In this document: piece after piece, positions 28,801 to 32,045 of the stretch
Position numbering within the stretch: the first letter of the stretch is position 1
How the letters are laid out: each line of letters begins with the position of its first letter
DNA from: a virus
IMG/VR virus record: IMGVR_UViG_3300008262_000045
Coordinates: 4,710-68,709 of that record
DNA length: 64,000 bases
Direction: 5' to 3' (one strand)
Position numbers and translations under genes: made by a program
The notes under the pieces: model-generated
Told to the model about the DNA's origin: nothing
Databases searched by the model: none
Seen by the model: only the letters and a program-made list of their open reading frames with translations

Positions 28801-29322
28801 CCGATTAAGCCCGCCCTTCTAACAACAAATGTAGATCGTGACCGGCGAATGGCTACGCAGGCCGAGAAAATCAGAAAAAACGAAAAGCTCACTCCAGCGC
28901 AAAAAGACGCCGCGATAGCTAATCTGCAAGCACAACGAGCAGAGCAAGCATCCAGACCATCACAAGTTGACTTGAATAATCTGTTTTGGGGTATGGGTGT
29001 AAACCCTGACAAAATCAAACCAGGAGTAGGAACAACTACCCGTGATATTGTTAGCGACCTTGCTCGACTGCAAGCCATGGGAGCAGGGCCAGAGAGCGTT
29101 AATGTTTATGACGAAAAACTTAAAAGTGGAGAAACACGGACTTATATTACATACCCCGATCCTGACACCGTTGCAATACGCGATCCGTTTTTCTCGCTAT
29201 TCAAAGTTGCAACCGGCGTGAATATCCGACCATTCCCTAATCCGAAAAAAGCAGCAAGCGGCAACCCTAACAATTTCGTATTCGGACAACCGCAGGCCAA
29301 CTTGACTCTGCCGAAACAATAG
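4843..29322 (+). CDS. Giant polyvalent phage protein (8,159 aa), probably virion-packaged and ejected with the DNA
   Basis: Uninterrupted 24,480-nt ORF directly upstream of the portal; many recognisable polyvalent-protein domain motifs (see sub-features). Confidence 0.92.
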   Translation: MGIRNDLESAMRSGDSMGVSRIRDEASSYGLTDVMRQAERNLREIEKNNARAERERIKGQKAMEREAAQQAKDAASKYKEGAIAFFTEGTGASRVVKPISAPSGGVMKKYSKNGPLWDSISGLPYARNEVDGQLTQIDPLKDGKTVVKDGHVYKVVDGMAWEWAGFDPNAIGNDPALAKELKDKAAELKKESELANSEMALLKKDIASDESRLRDLEKQKKLASGDEYNRLQGEIDKLKNGITGKKDKLELAEIESYKALARRKEFDQQSDQKLAQDLANRKQLAYTGDPKGGMGVDSAIARGQKAQQLKNSYSPEDLLHEMIMGNINPDGTKGKGLQGLIDGGLQRDSMYLNQWGQAVDKANAQKRDAQQKEWAQNKSTQATLDLVRSQKDIKLTGTNDKGQPSGMLNDPKIKPELKTKIQDFINKTGLTSIPASWQTQEAQEARANAGLYGYYDVSVPKNFTLKDGKITTTKEEPASIWGVDMPWNTSKEVNVGTYQFDKNGVPFIELDKNNRLSPSQLSGNPLDGVKEYMPMPDNWVSNFIPKDPSSIKTFKDLDTNTQKSLMADYNKEVSNYQQTAKDAWAGQKMDAGRVRDTLDRWTVATPAQRQEMIAELDPRQAKIPAADRRLDTRALFEAGVISAQDGRLFEKAFYGTEPAMPNVNEAWEDWKSSSANGQKYTATASSIGDSTLTGNLLNLLPGSIAKVGAKLLLDKSALGTLVSADAKARLTTLEADAKQNFLTDYYKENSRRVDFDDKSFTQTRNAMLKDVPITEWANKVIVDLAYGVAGPAVGMVGGTVALVADAAVDKVNQVLGSNRIDLLNDKERKIIETQTSASLRNMSMAVADRLEPLAKVNAMLTPGTGMVMAALGAYDKNAPSDLWNGKTAGQLNRKLDGLINEIDNGTLTEAKYAQYDKEISALSKAFNDQRSKASGWMGGWDDKAGIKLDYENSISNPKSAMAQYIAAYQETRDPRLSTSLKGAAFNSQAELEIQRAASDYATMNGQLNETVPFGGFMSAVRGGYVAPLTEQGIELLTNIAGVATGGALWGVKALGTTAKASSALNKAAKVVNALEDGAGVVGDAFRGLGKIERQPGVSLTDGQKLWNTSVDLTKQYTVSGGGEFFQESIAAFGEAGATVGDALNQGFSGLIGGVGMSAVHGGVGYGLNTITSGIKQAKLEQAQTKTLTKFVEDYNKTNTSGTPLTLDEARQAQAYQSPATVSMLQNQRKDLITRLSNVNAEIKSLPPTPIAPKNPTTPGKVTTPKLATRRETLLNEKNQIEGQLAANTLDTVVIGENSFTIAREINKLPEQQRALVDATIRAANGSPLTEQQENLLINHPTKSGSPAAYTYGETSFDFVLSDELRAEIKQIAPETAKTPAIRKTQAERDAELRAKYGGVFRYINGKQIFIADKPQGQEAATPQPQPKPKPKAPPRLNTDNMTPPVQKPSAPATSIPQRENPAEQAPTPIQVTPTVTENFQTEDGQEATGTFEKQPDGNWQQTSPEAPTFTITPADTQFYQTLEDKAAYALNPQSPDPVQPGEYKQAGYTAIEPATASTPADTAINVQPAQADSVEPATLVQPTATDPALTQQQSRPGTPDAVNTSSQVLPPPIPAEAYSPQVFMQPVNRGSALLMLQTAAPWVSSAPIVVRSPRFFINSAGNKVIDAEQHASLPANEKADYSPNQGAMFALDGKIYVDEAALVDYINATAPELRQDKLKAALREEVIHVATMNVRDSKQISEDWNMLPDEAKRRVIETYFTSDLERAGGDWTQVEVPAFNAGAEFWRMYLNAVTEGRTTEQVDLLTEVAEYAKTNPSFAARIKQALEDIARWLREELLSNLDPDARVQFEQAAQKIEAEVARLEQEFGMTNATATPEAEAASPMASPVVEANAPPALPAETISTEPVTLPEKPKPKNQAYVPKPAIGSSAWKQEAVYTSLTGGAAAFGYKIVDTGIASPFEAYGNTLNWGTQLYDKLNPGSEIGQWIDAMNAGTNPAGNAIIQAASEPGLHRVWYGHDFATNLDNVVAEFGWTAVPEFIGQLLKDSLTKSGIPFPGVELLVQSGAVSDRTATDWLSTNIGEVFGGGLAFLGTYKLYKAAKGGKLSKPQVLFATVGIGLKMVSGVMTAQPFLVLSGLADTAILVTNLDQVKSAFQKGIKEFNKKPKAVRDLYEQVAPPASSPTQQTLPQDGQEVKSLGSYPGNAGANPAPATNQGIEATPPPLPPETFEALPPPLPPESRTEATPPPLPSQEGEVAAPAEPKIKMKQAADRLGITPKELLVLARGGTIPAQKDGSNYLFSPSDLTAYADKLAAKTSDIATKLQATDANTATSKDIDSLKNQGYVEMRRGQPVITVKGYDLLAKQGVQPSMTRKERIEQIEAEFNTQQSEKAPEIELHPRVNKQGRYYIVPGPNGSLAATISDADDAKAREKANQVALEFEAREKAINDELAAERANQQQPESQDESTDASLVPQFKKALMQKMKTISDLRDQEKLTPESNKTLIKQVAEVANKLGMQETHPGSLLLNFSTAPGLLMKRQADLITAVHGMMEGQSISVQPVELNAKGGKGSPTELTGLENRTLSWGEMILLGAMEAKPMPDGSLELTLGQSAVQIKERLTQEEAEAAEQEYYDELKAELNIISAGQDASPTGRELLDAIEEAGGLPSPNSETEQEFTGELKTLWESAGAMGKGAYAGKGVFRNNIFRLNAPPLDKLAAHLRGHGFSVWGANDIFELVDARFRSNKPMYGTSWQDDGGYRAVASKTPRKVVSWDIPTRNTNTEYILNGLIAGRGQPVGMFIPNFDADGNLMADTLPAEGDIEFRHLDAPLGSENEYLTKDQMRELMEIRATDTRFWNRNSFEIREIRYADSDKAFKKTDRLQMPERQVTLSNAVVSEKPGPVFIKKAYHGTPHKVDRFSTSKVGTGEGAQAFGWGLYFAEAWKVAQSYQDRLSDYSSPGRYTWQGSTYESDNYKSPERHAVSLAYHQGLPQTKKIAQLGLRDAKRGEPYAIEQGGIPYYERMLEVARSIKSQKDIGFVQGNIYSVELNVDNADLLDWDAPISKQSKQIRAFFEPVLAKRKEEMESKSSIYTTPIDETINNATGAEAYGWLASATQLNSQQKASEALAANGIMGIRYLDDGSRDIPKIKWNAYNGFRIEAPGSRTLIEEGTTKENNLYAYVWPAGEGNWKASYESKAPGEVVDNQFGEFASESEAKAAIADRFKQTSNFVIFDENLIQIIGQNGEPVGNASVLSAKPTAAQLKAAQDYTARNGTSAGADIVAQQVANVTSPFRQDTYQLDLFGDRSPIEPENAPTEVEADEYALLLESGFKGNWEALGKVIAKQGKASVIMPELIDSKIPAWNPVGTLVEKPADFAALMLPIRTPYHEMLKVAILDDQNKIVAAQIVSVGSVNETVAHSQNILGFLSRYRAMNPDSDEHRIIISHNHPGGDPTPSPADYRVQKSFEKIADLLDYTIADHVITNGKSYFSFKTESTNQLEEDNAAWEKVSISDLPTLNSSEQLAKLTQSLAQSNPNASHIVFYNTRNRVIAVEQFDPDVQVETDLGLSGSPGRDGNGGTVVLAQQVFDRAALYGAYSFSLALRNAGDPKLNESVASPTASHYRFIKALNDSIEPLQLRMLDAITVGSSDYFSWREAGLLRETDGQSPMFAKSRPTSPHQLDLFSNNYNATATPWTPSWQKEEAQQTESSDAAPEDGLKLVTQKPTGIIEDFGEKLEGARKDIWRQYTDALMADLPEDAREIVMSKHFPEPDYEAMILSGMEPERVAAMKALRDLVPRKPTLGYKLRRWTEMVGQIRGIVQRLVDPKDSITMERFNEIVNRINFRELRDAADFYAALGFPYFMKAKGWKLRQSSEYTRWNGQPLEKGKIVSHMEQEHRAFTNLSSVNNDGDWKQGYNSVIQKFREYLDAQSEAPKGESKIDFKFYKDRATGEVFIGKKGLSGVIRMQTGFTGVKEAMAWLADNYNELALKWEGMKKDPALRRAINDPRSGPTRREGDVTPEQFSEAFGFRGVQFGNYVEGDRRQKDLNNAFDAFMDMADALGVPAKALSLDGSLGLAFGARGTGGKRPAAAHYEPSQVVINLTKNAGPGSLAHEWFHALDNYFARLEKTGSTAPKAIDSYATENLGLRAGIMMNNRGEVAGYRSDAQNVRAEIAEAFRGVRNSLGGDLDARNRKLDAARSKPYYSLTIEKAARAFESYIVDRLGKTSITNDYLANIDPFSEAYPTQAELDNGIRLAYDNLFTKMDTRQGERGTMLFAKTRGLKAININDTDQDFTSQILRGEKTIETRPTPSLSPYIGERVGLIKTHDNSKRFPATLVGYATIGEPIFYPDEASFRADEDKHLVKKGTFHDIKEGSGKYGYPLLDVQTTAPTEMGDARGIVARNLDSVFMRLAQNPEANREQLQQMVDEAAKNKGYNVKAYHGTDAAPFSEFDPNLSGQATGIESDFSFHFTTDRDRASRYGERVMEVWLDIQTPMDINIKDRTNKVWKNYGLPAPRPGESIDTYYDNNIEKITDSLFFGQEIDIIIRDNNHAHFVVGDNKAIKSADPVTYDANGNIIPLSERFNPESESILFAKARPTQDKGFYLKSAELLDAKIQGKQATLEQVQALLQNPQNGIKAEELKWTGVMQEAERLANENNGNVPKEDLLDFLAKDGAVELREAFFGTLAPTTPATRLGVANLEGKFMQWADGLTSENIKSIEDVGFTLQEFPSDIDQVASEARFSQYQLPGGENYREVVLAMPLDPISEKGKRWQFIDQRLDVLKEMAKELLPLESVDPIAKKKLAEIEDEYANLADEMASIPIREAQVTSSYTSSHFNTPNYIAHMRLNERTDAEGNEGLFIEELQSDRHQAGRRQGYGETFAVMTPRPLMEGGGKKEVASFDTRAEAESYVSQNRSPLNNLQIVAKSGIPDAPFRTSWPIQLFKRALRDAVVSGKDWIGWTDGETQNDRYDLSKSVDTIEVEARDGAFHDVRIFEKSGSVIDLEVDGGMVKYGQFANKRLDEIIGKDMADKILAVENDTAADFSGIDLKVGGSGMKGFYDNMVPKEVAKYVKQWGGKVDKSSIGQEITENDLGMEGLEDATPEELAEFEATGKVVGETVPIWRVDITPQMRESVESGQPLFAKARPSAPSSSLPGNYPDTLDIVVRATKVAKLRLAGLKEGESTVPLDPSPVQAGRSPDLTPVSPLYKAAKHGSSMSAALDIAEMFATAPLVESIKERLSPDKPVVFVPVRHFDPGLFHNALPGAFATVLRDRIPNSTVDTNILKSGGMSNTSVSTAQRMGNTQEFTGPVDPDVQYVIVDDVYTSGNTITALIDHIVRAGGEVVAATTIADSQSQNYLKPRPQDVTKLLDRSGLISESFQSEIGFPIEALTGSEIYRIANLERNWTGSAFIKERFSKRSGIFAERSRLDAERNGQADVPAALSVKSRSVAEIPNINELPEGITVFSGAGLVEIGLQGLVTPTFAVEYNPAIAQAYRAAWGDHVQVADIRSVSMDGQQGKFYYHASPVCKNSSLLKSESTGGGEKDLDIESARIVAEHIKTIQPQVVTIENVAAYRKTIAAQAIRDALNEQGYTFDEGIYNAADYGAPTARRRYLLRAIKGGALLPEATPVKGPGWYETIKDIIDELPDDSIENAAYIKRSLPEQGVDLENITEPLLVSGTTLFKKVAFARPTQPAFTFKATPATVDRILLPGGRVKRVTAKAKARMTGVPDSFPLPTDEKVALTIIGNGVPPALVRNAFGPVIEYARTRQAQQPLFAKNSARSMRGDTTGDLFGDQTPFNLVGEMLPPEAPAKPDIVVDAQARQEAFRKSGQEDVGDLFAPASAERIAATAVIDKDGVVLSSPSKTHAEIMEETKFDLDGGEFPPTQNFGFVTTSGRFVEQKEAQQIAQQARQVQGNQPISGEIVTELQREGLLAPAQKPAPATLPINEEFGFTQEIDAPIEKIKNNMVRFASGMSGLSDLGAATYVRGGMQNYGVGFDVGLLSKNAIDLLADRILFLDAQVFIDSGAFSHFVKNEKLKAEGKKTLAPLDFDKIFKKYDAITEAIYEQNKVEADYPRPLMVMPDIIGDQKASLLLTEQYKNRIAIETAVNTFTPIIPIPLGELSLSQAYSKIIEILKTNASGIEIDPAKFIVGIPSNAQAVSREQLAEFLRESKPPRIHFLGAAADININPLLAVVARTAPDTIVTADASKVRSEILNGVAAGKTRQQAIIDALNQEDDPINVLENFSQVAPLFAKARKLRPDWPGMLNQANDISIQEFAELAKDGRLIQATGKPNEFEAGSGKTPLSVGAASGYSLNDIAHFYIARQLPTKFKDSTDASRLVNQLVATNKDPAQSNTVLRAFDRFAEDAASEAQAVPLSAKPRPSSLLADTKGKVIAGTAVGTRNPTGKTALEAGTDRSALVDLASMRRDPELFRKNAVLLADFPLVAGQVPEAAKLVRDISAPLKQAREQFADASKRLEDARNELKAELARRQGVRPNKIKVTEVDKLESGESKVKRTDAVVKAALQKIKDARKIQATFGDKRDKSQAEFEANSKALLAGDQFSMELAERVYDALKTSAKRNLELLIELFPEDLRDTARLWYDGANIIAQDFAARYNTTLNRSAAVLAVFSPQKDWFMNVALGQRMMNIWANHQDTRFDDAMAKQYLMRAGEPEPQWDKKSDDYKRDAKGELVYTKGAKPIRDEEGNITGWENWDNEKAQEKFNEAKMELAIMRGKKLSELPFDLQARFIRMWSEVYDAPGFPVVTPAGTFGNNKLSEKGNEQRLAWGSYNTIEKAIRILTAPESSEMQVISNELGVQHKVRSFYNNIADPANADGHVTMDTHAIAAILWQALSGNSPEVSMNFGSGGASGNSNLGISGLYPAFAEAYREVAAEFGLLPREVQSITWESVRLLFPAKFKSQKANVTKVREVWNQHEQGIITTEQAHDRIYQIVDEWKRRGTLAGQPGRTAADAIADGSGVGRPDWATITRSGDNNSELSQAPADAGGLPDRGRRGDGTGRSAVGRRGAGRDAGLLSTTPKGRQPRAVLAAKPRNTPPPMPPMEKRIEASLDAIEKWNDFLRAVEEKPAGSLKKFAEEIKANTPQDIWRGYQTIFRGRLDVADSLAPGVKAILLASKQEEALAQIGINAVVDGLRRELQKAFGDPAFWNKNRARLKEATRLLLPIASYLQPERPGVDGGFDWREFERRAGTISQVEIRKMRLKDGQWFEYDGKTYRLGEFLPDEKAYVLLEPVSVEMQQAIYEEFWSNFPEALPILNRWITPELKDAYTVGLGGTMSVEFNREALLSFMNEWPQDLKEAFGDMTLPSVPRLEGYTPDIAAQRSIVAVIAKLLGLYKSPGRKFKTGALREAGNVKNLIDGFSTRAMEAHREKIRMRTRQGIIEKAVVFREDVPAENIGDYVALEDVFSSIVKAVQSARLLDEKAYPNLSKALNPKDQVQLMRLVGDAARLNGIEQMVHKNVYRELMLSMARAQTEGMLLRALNFLLRGAKLGKLTAGSVGINWLGNQILTLTQAMNRMFAGMTHLALLDSRGAKVNTLEALFLLRGLITDRAPNTLNQSRIGDLIPRELFDSTTALSSLDAGADYGNLVDDIKRNGILRGPAQGLVNAFKQGGISASILYGVHYSGGDAAVKQQSAYAAYRARAEIAANEAKIKSGRSEWMRNWIQQQVRENTEIHREVMDAAKLYFMDYENVPAWLDPSSSLPEEKARKFLKEHGLWFIKYPYNFIRFVKRLGLDGAIEFASPSSTKQERARGLANMLTIAAVAYGGSALLSGGEDDDDIIGSRFDEEGKLKDRNQDTSSRMNLSAIGRKTHLGRVIASALRMAGVSINDDLTNHRGDDYWMYYQNMTWMKESLLMGRAVNGDYQGFLKDSGAYISDLTAMGILSRMMGLAKVGSIDAKKSPVNLATEAFFEALSSPVNPSALTNYIGNMTDPIVRRTTSSASLGFNMGPLESIMAGIPGLRENLPAAGEPIKPALLTTNVDRDRRMATQAEKIRKNEKLTPAQKDAAIANLQAQRAEQASRPSQVDLNNLFWGMGVNPDKIKPGVGTTTRDIVSDLARLQAMGAGPESVNVYDEKLKSGETRTYITYPDPDTVAIRDPFFSLFKVATGVNIRPFPNPKKAASGNPNNFVFGQPQANLTLPKQ
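9890..10260 (+). other. Giant-protein domain: zincin-like metallopeptidase (MPTase-like, EExxH variant)
   Basis: GKIYVD...ALREEVIHVAT (EEVIH at 10012-10026) then AGAEFWRM as possible third ligand; boundaries approximate. Confidence 0.55.
10630..11310 (+). other. Giant-protein domain: HRxxxGHD domain with hydrophobic, membrane-like helices
   Basis: GLHRVWYGHD (10873-10896), KDSLTKSGIPFPG, then Gly-rich hydrophobic helices VFGGGLAFLG and VLFATVGIGLKMVSGV. Confidence 0.45.
11626..11770 (+). other. Giant-protein domain: excisionase/MerR-like HTH (HTH_17 type)
   Basis: IKMKQAADRLGITPKELLVLARGGTIPAQKDGSNYLFSPSDL. Confidence 0.7.
13549..14560 (+). other. Giant-protein domain: ADP-ribosyltransferase-like 1 (ART-PolyVal type)
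   Basis: KAYHGTPH...GTGEGAQAFGWGLYFAE...GIMGIRYLD...NFVIFD. Confidence 0.75.
14920..15810 (+). other. Giant-protein domain: JAB/RadC-like domain plus a second degenerate copy
   Basis: E...ILDDQNKI...IIISHNHPGGDPTPSPAD...DHVI (HNHP at 15163-15174); second copy lacks the His ligands and ends YFSWREAGLL. Confidence 0.85.
16006..17620 (+). other. Giant-protein domains: LPD5-like then LPD1-like (HExxH)
   Basis: IEDFGEKLEGARKD; FGFRGVQFGNYV; GSLAHEWFHALDNY (HEWFH at 17161-17175); EKAARAFESY. Confidence 0.8.
17668..18030 (+). other. Giant-protein domain: ASCH
   Basis: ILRGEKTIETR (GxKxxExR)...GERVGLI...LVGYATIG. Confidence 0.75.
18136..18597 (+). other. Giant-protein domain: ADP-ribosyltransferase-like 2
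   Basis: VKAYHGTD..FSEFD...FHFTTDRDRASRYG..VMEVWL...IKSADPVTYD.NGNIIPLSERFN. Confidence 0.75.
18625..20240 (+). other. Giant-protein domain: EExQSD module of phage virion proteins, function unknown
   Basis: GIKAEELKWTG, LPGGENYREVVL, SHF...AHMR, FIEELQSD (19411-19428), PDAPF, GMKGFYD. Confidence 0.6.
20440..21030 (+). other. Giant-protein domain: type I phosphoribosyltransferase
   Basis: PRPP-binding loop VIVDDVYTSGNT at 20776-20811. Confidence 0.85.
21208..22110 (+). other. Giant-protein domain: DNA (cytosine-5) methyltransferase
   Basis: Motifs in canonical order: FSGAG (I), AVEY, ADI, SPVC (IV, Cys kept), ENV (VI), AADYGAPTARRR (VIII), IGNGVP (X). Confidence 0.88.
22735..23520 (+). other. 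Giant-protein domain: TGT/DpdA-like TIM barrel
   Basis: VFIDSGAFS (DSGAF at 22900-22914), MPDIIGD, RIHFLG, ADAS. Confidence 0.55.
24620..25570 (+). other. Giant-protein domain: HhH-GPD/glycosylase-like helical domain
   Basis: LWYD...AVFSPQKDWFMN...KVRSFYNNI...VTMDTH (25345-25362)...YREVA...EVQSITW. Confidence 0.55.
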
Positions 29323-29337
29323 ACAAAATCACACACG

Positions 29338-31470
29338 ATGATTGCGCTACCCGAACTTTCTGAAAGCCTTGATCCGCCTAGCGCCCCGCTTCGCGGAAGT
29401 CTGAAACTTACAGGCGCTCAAGAACGCGAAATCATGCACCTGATTAAGACTCGCATGGGGAGTGCTACGCAAAGTTACAGCAAAAGCGGATGGCTCGAAA
29501 AACGCAACCGCGCCATGCAACAGTATATGGGCAACATGGAGTCGCGCCGCGACCCTGGAAGTATATTTGAGTTATCAAACATTACGCTAAACTTACCGAA
29601 GAGATTTGTTCGCATTACCGCCGCTCGAATCTACGACACAATGCTGACGAGCAACCCTATTCTTGGGATTACAGTAGAAGGAAAAGGCGATGATTACGAA
29701 GTAGCTCGCGTCATTGAGCGATATGCAGGACAACAAATAGAAAAAAGCGGCGTTCGGGCAATTTTGCGGGAGGCGCAGACACTAGCTTGCATACGAGGCG
29801 AAACGGTTGTCAAAACCACATGGGAAAAGCGACTTTCCAGAAGCAAAAAACGAGGGATGATTTTAGTGCGAGAAGGTGGGCCTGTTCGGGCGCGTGACGG
29901 AAATTTGGTTCGGCAAGATGATATTTGGGCAGAAGACGGCGAAGCAATGGTTCTTTCCAGGGATAAACGAGTTCGGATTGAAAAAGACGAAGCGCCGACT
30001 TGGGAGGAAATGGAATATGACTATTACCGCACTACTTTTGAAGGACTAGAATCTAGCTGTATTGACCATAGGGACTTTGTTTGTAGCACAACAGAAAAAG
30101 ATATTCATTCGGCTGACTTTGTAGCCGTCCGCATGGACATGGAATTAGACCGCGTAATAGCCATGTTAATGCCAGTGAAAGACAGCCTGCAAACCAAAGA
30201 GGTGATTAAAAAAATGCGCTCAAGCGCATCAAGCGAAGGCGGGCAATACAGCATGAAAGCAGAAATGTTTCGCGGCGAAGAGACTCGAAGCCAAGAAGCG
30301 TTGCCTATGTGCGAACTGGCAGAAGTCTATATGCGGGTTGTTTTAACTGACGATGGTATTGCTGATGAAATTGCTTTGCTGGTCGATACCAAAAATGACC
30401 AGCTATTAGCGTACGATTATCTCGATAATGTTTCACCTACCGGCCAACGGCCACTGCGAGTGATTCGCATGGAGCCTGTTCCTCATCGCTGGTATGGGAC
30501 AGGATTTTACGAGCTTTTCGATGATCGCCACAAATTTTGCGACCTGTTCATCAACCGCGTGAATTTGGCGGCGAGCCTTTCTGGCAACATCAAAATCGAA
30601 AATCCGATGGCTACCGAAGAAGGCATGGCCGGGGAGCCGATTGAATTTGGCACAAATAAAACATACAGGCTACGCGAGGGGTTTTCTGCAGACGATGTTT
30701 TTAAAGTTGTGACGATCCCTAATGATTCAAATGCTTCAGAAAACTTGCTGAATATGTTGATGCAAGTAACTCAACTTGAAGCAGGAATCGTAAGCGCGGG
30801 CGATCATGGATTGGCGGGGTTGCCAGCGGCAAGCCTCGCCACCGGCATTCGCTCACTTGATCGTGTAGCTAATGTTCTTCTAAAGAATATGCTCTTTGAT
30901 GTCGTGGAGGGATTTGAGGCGGTATTGAAAGATTGCGTTGCTCTGACTCTTAAAAATTACAACGCATACGACGCAGAAAGGTTGATGGGTGAAGATGCGG
31001 CAACGCTTTTAAGCAAAAACCGAGACTTCTCGCAGTTGCACTACCAAGTTAAAATGCTCCTCTCAAACAGCAAGGACAGCGATGTTGTTGAGGCTCACAA
31101 GCAGGCATTTGATATTCTTATTGGCTACGAGCAGTTGCCGCCTGAACCTAAAGTTCGGATTCGCCCGATCATTTACCGCATTCTGCAAACAATGGGAATC
31201 GAGGATGTCGATAAGGCACTTGGCGCAGAAGCAATGGCTGCGGAGGCTGCGCTTGCAATCATGCCTCCGCCCGAGGCTATTGCCGCAATGCAAATGCAAC
31301 AGCAACAAGCCGCCGCCGATCCGAACTCCTTGGAAGTACCGCAAGAAAGCGAAGCGCCAGAAGAAAGTGTGCCGCGTGTTCCGGCGACCTATACTCCGCC
31401 GGCCAAAGAAAAAGAGTACGAGCCTATTGAGGACGGCCAAATGATGCCAACGCCAGAAAGGGTTGAATGA
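29338..31470 (+). CDS. Portal protein (podovirus type)
   Basis: 710 aa; GETVVKTTW, PHRWYGTGFYELFDDRH, ATGI patterns and an acidic/Gln C-terminal tail typical of portals. Confidence 0.8.
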   Translation: MIALPELSESLDPPSAPLRGSLKLTGAQEREIMHLIKTRMGSATQSYSKSGWLEKRNRAMQQYMGNMESRRDPGSIFELSNITLNLPKRFVRITAARIYDTMLTSNPILGITVEGKGDDYEVARVIERYAGQQIEKSGVRAILREAQTLACIRGETVVKTTWEKRLSRSKKRGMILVREGGPVRARDGNLVRQDDIWAEDGEAMVLSRDKRVRIEKDEAPTWEEMEYDYYRTTFEGLESSCIDHRDFVCSTTEKDIHSADFVAVRMDMELDRVIAMLMPVKDSLQTKEVIKKMRSSASSEGGQYSMKAEMFRGEETRSQEALPMCELAEVYMRVVLTDDGIADEIALLVDTKNDQLLAYDYLDNVSPTGQRPLRVIRMEPVPHRWYGTGFYELFDDRHKFCDLFINRVNLAASLSGNIKIENPMATEEGMAGEPIEFGTNKTYRLREGFSADDVFKVVTIPNDSNASENLLNMLMQVTQLEAGIVSAGDHGLAGLPAASLATGIRSLDRVANVLLKNMLFDVVEGFEAVLKDCVALTLKNYNAYDAERLMGEDAATLLSKNRDFSQLHYQVKMLLSNSKDSDVVEAHKQAFDILIGYEQLPPEPKVRIRPIIYRILQTMGIEDVDKALGAEAMAAEAALAIMPPPEAIAAMQMQQQQAAADPNSLEVPQESEAPEESVPRVPATYTPPAKEKEYEPIEDGQMMPTPERVE

Positions 31471-31471
31471 T

Positions 31472-31732
31472 ATGGAAATTTCAGAACAAATCGCCACGCT
31501 TGAGAGCATTAACAGGTTGATTGAAAATGAAGATTTTCAAAAGCAATTAGCTCCATACTTCCAGCAACTTTTTGATAACTCGCACTCGGCCATTATCAAT
31601 CCTGAAACAACGGGAGCCGGGCTTGAGTTCGCAAGGGCGCGATATGTCGCCGCCAGAGAATTAAAAACATACCTGCACGACAAAAAAACAGCTTTGGAAA
31701 GAGCCATAAAAAATAAGCAGGCAATAAATTAA
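31472..31732 (+). CDS. Small helical protein following the portal
   Basis: ATG 1 nt after the portal stop; about 86 aa. Confidence 0.65.
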   Translation: MEISEQIATLESINRLIENEDFQKQLAPYFQQLFDNSHSAIINPETTGAGLEFARARYVAARELKTYLHDKKTALERAIKNKQAIN

Positions 31733-31740
31733 AATCATTT

Positions 31741-32025
31741 ATGCAACAACCAACACTCCGAATCCGGCGAGGCAATGGAACGCCACCGCTATTGAGTGAC
31801 GGAGAGCTTTTGTATGATAAGCAAAATAAAAATTTCTATCTCGGAGTCGAAAAACAAGGGGTTACAACAAATGTAATTATTGCTGGTGAAGGAACCTTTG
31901 CAAAAAAAACATATTACAATTCAACTCCGCCAACATCACCTTTAGAATCAGACAGATGGATAGACACAGACACATTTCGCGCATACGAGTTTTGCGGCGG
32001 AGCATGGGTCGAAATCGTCACCTAA
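31741..32025 (+). CDS. Short tail-fibre anchor/adapter protein
   Basis: LRIRRG...LSDGELLYD N-terminal fibre motif; C-terminal TPP..RWIDT..AWVEI module. Confidence 0.7.
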   Translation: MQQPTLRIRRGNGTPPLLSDGELLYDKQNKNFYLGVEKQGVTTNVIIAGEGTFAKKTYYNSTPPTSPLESDRWIDTDTFRAYEFCGGAWVEIVT

Positions 32026-32045
32026 ACAAACAACAAAAATAAAAT

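Noticed and set aside
4843-29322. Virion RNA polymerase (N4 or crAss-like) as the identity of the giant ORF
   Set aside because: No DxDxD double-psi motif or T7-type polymerase motifs recognised; recognisable domains are of polyvalent-protein type. The unassigned termini still merit a profile search.
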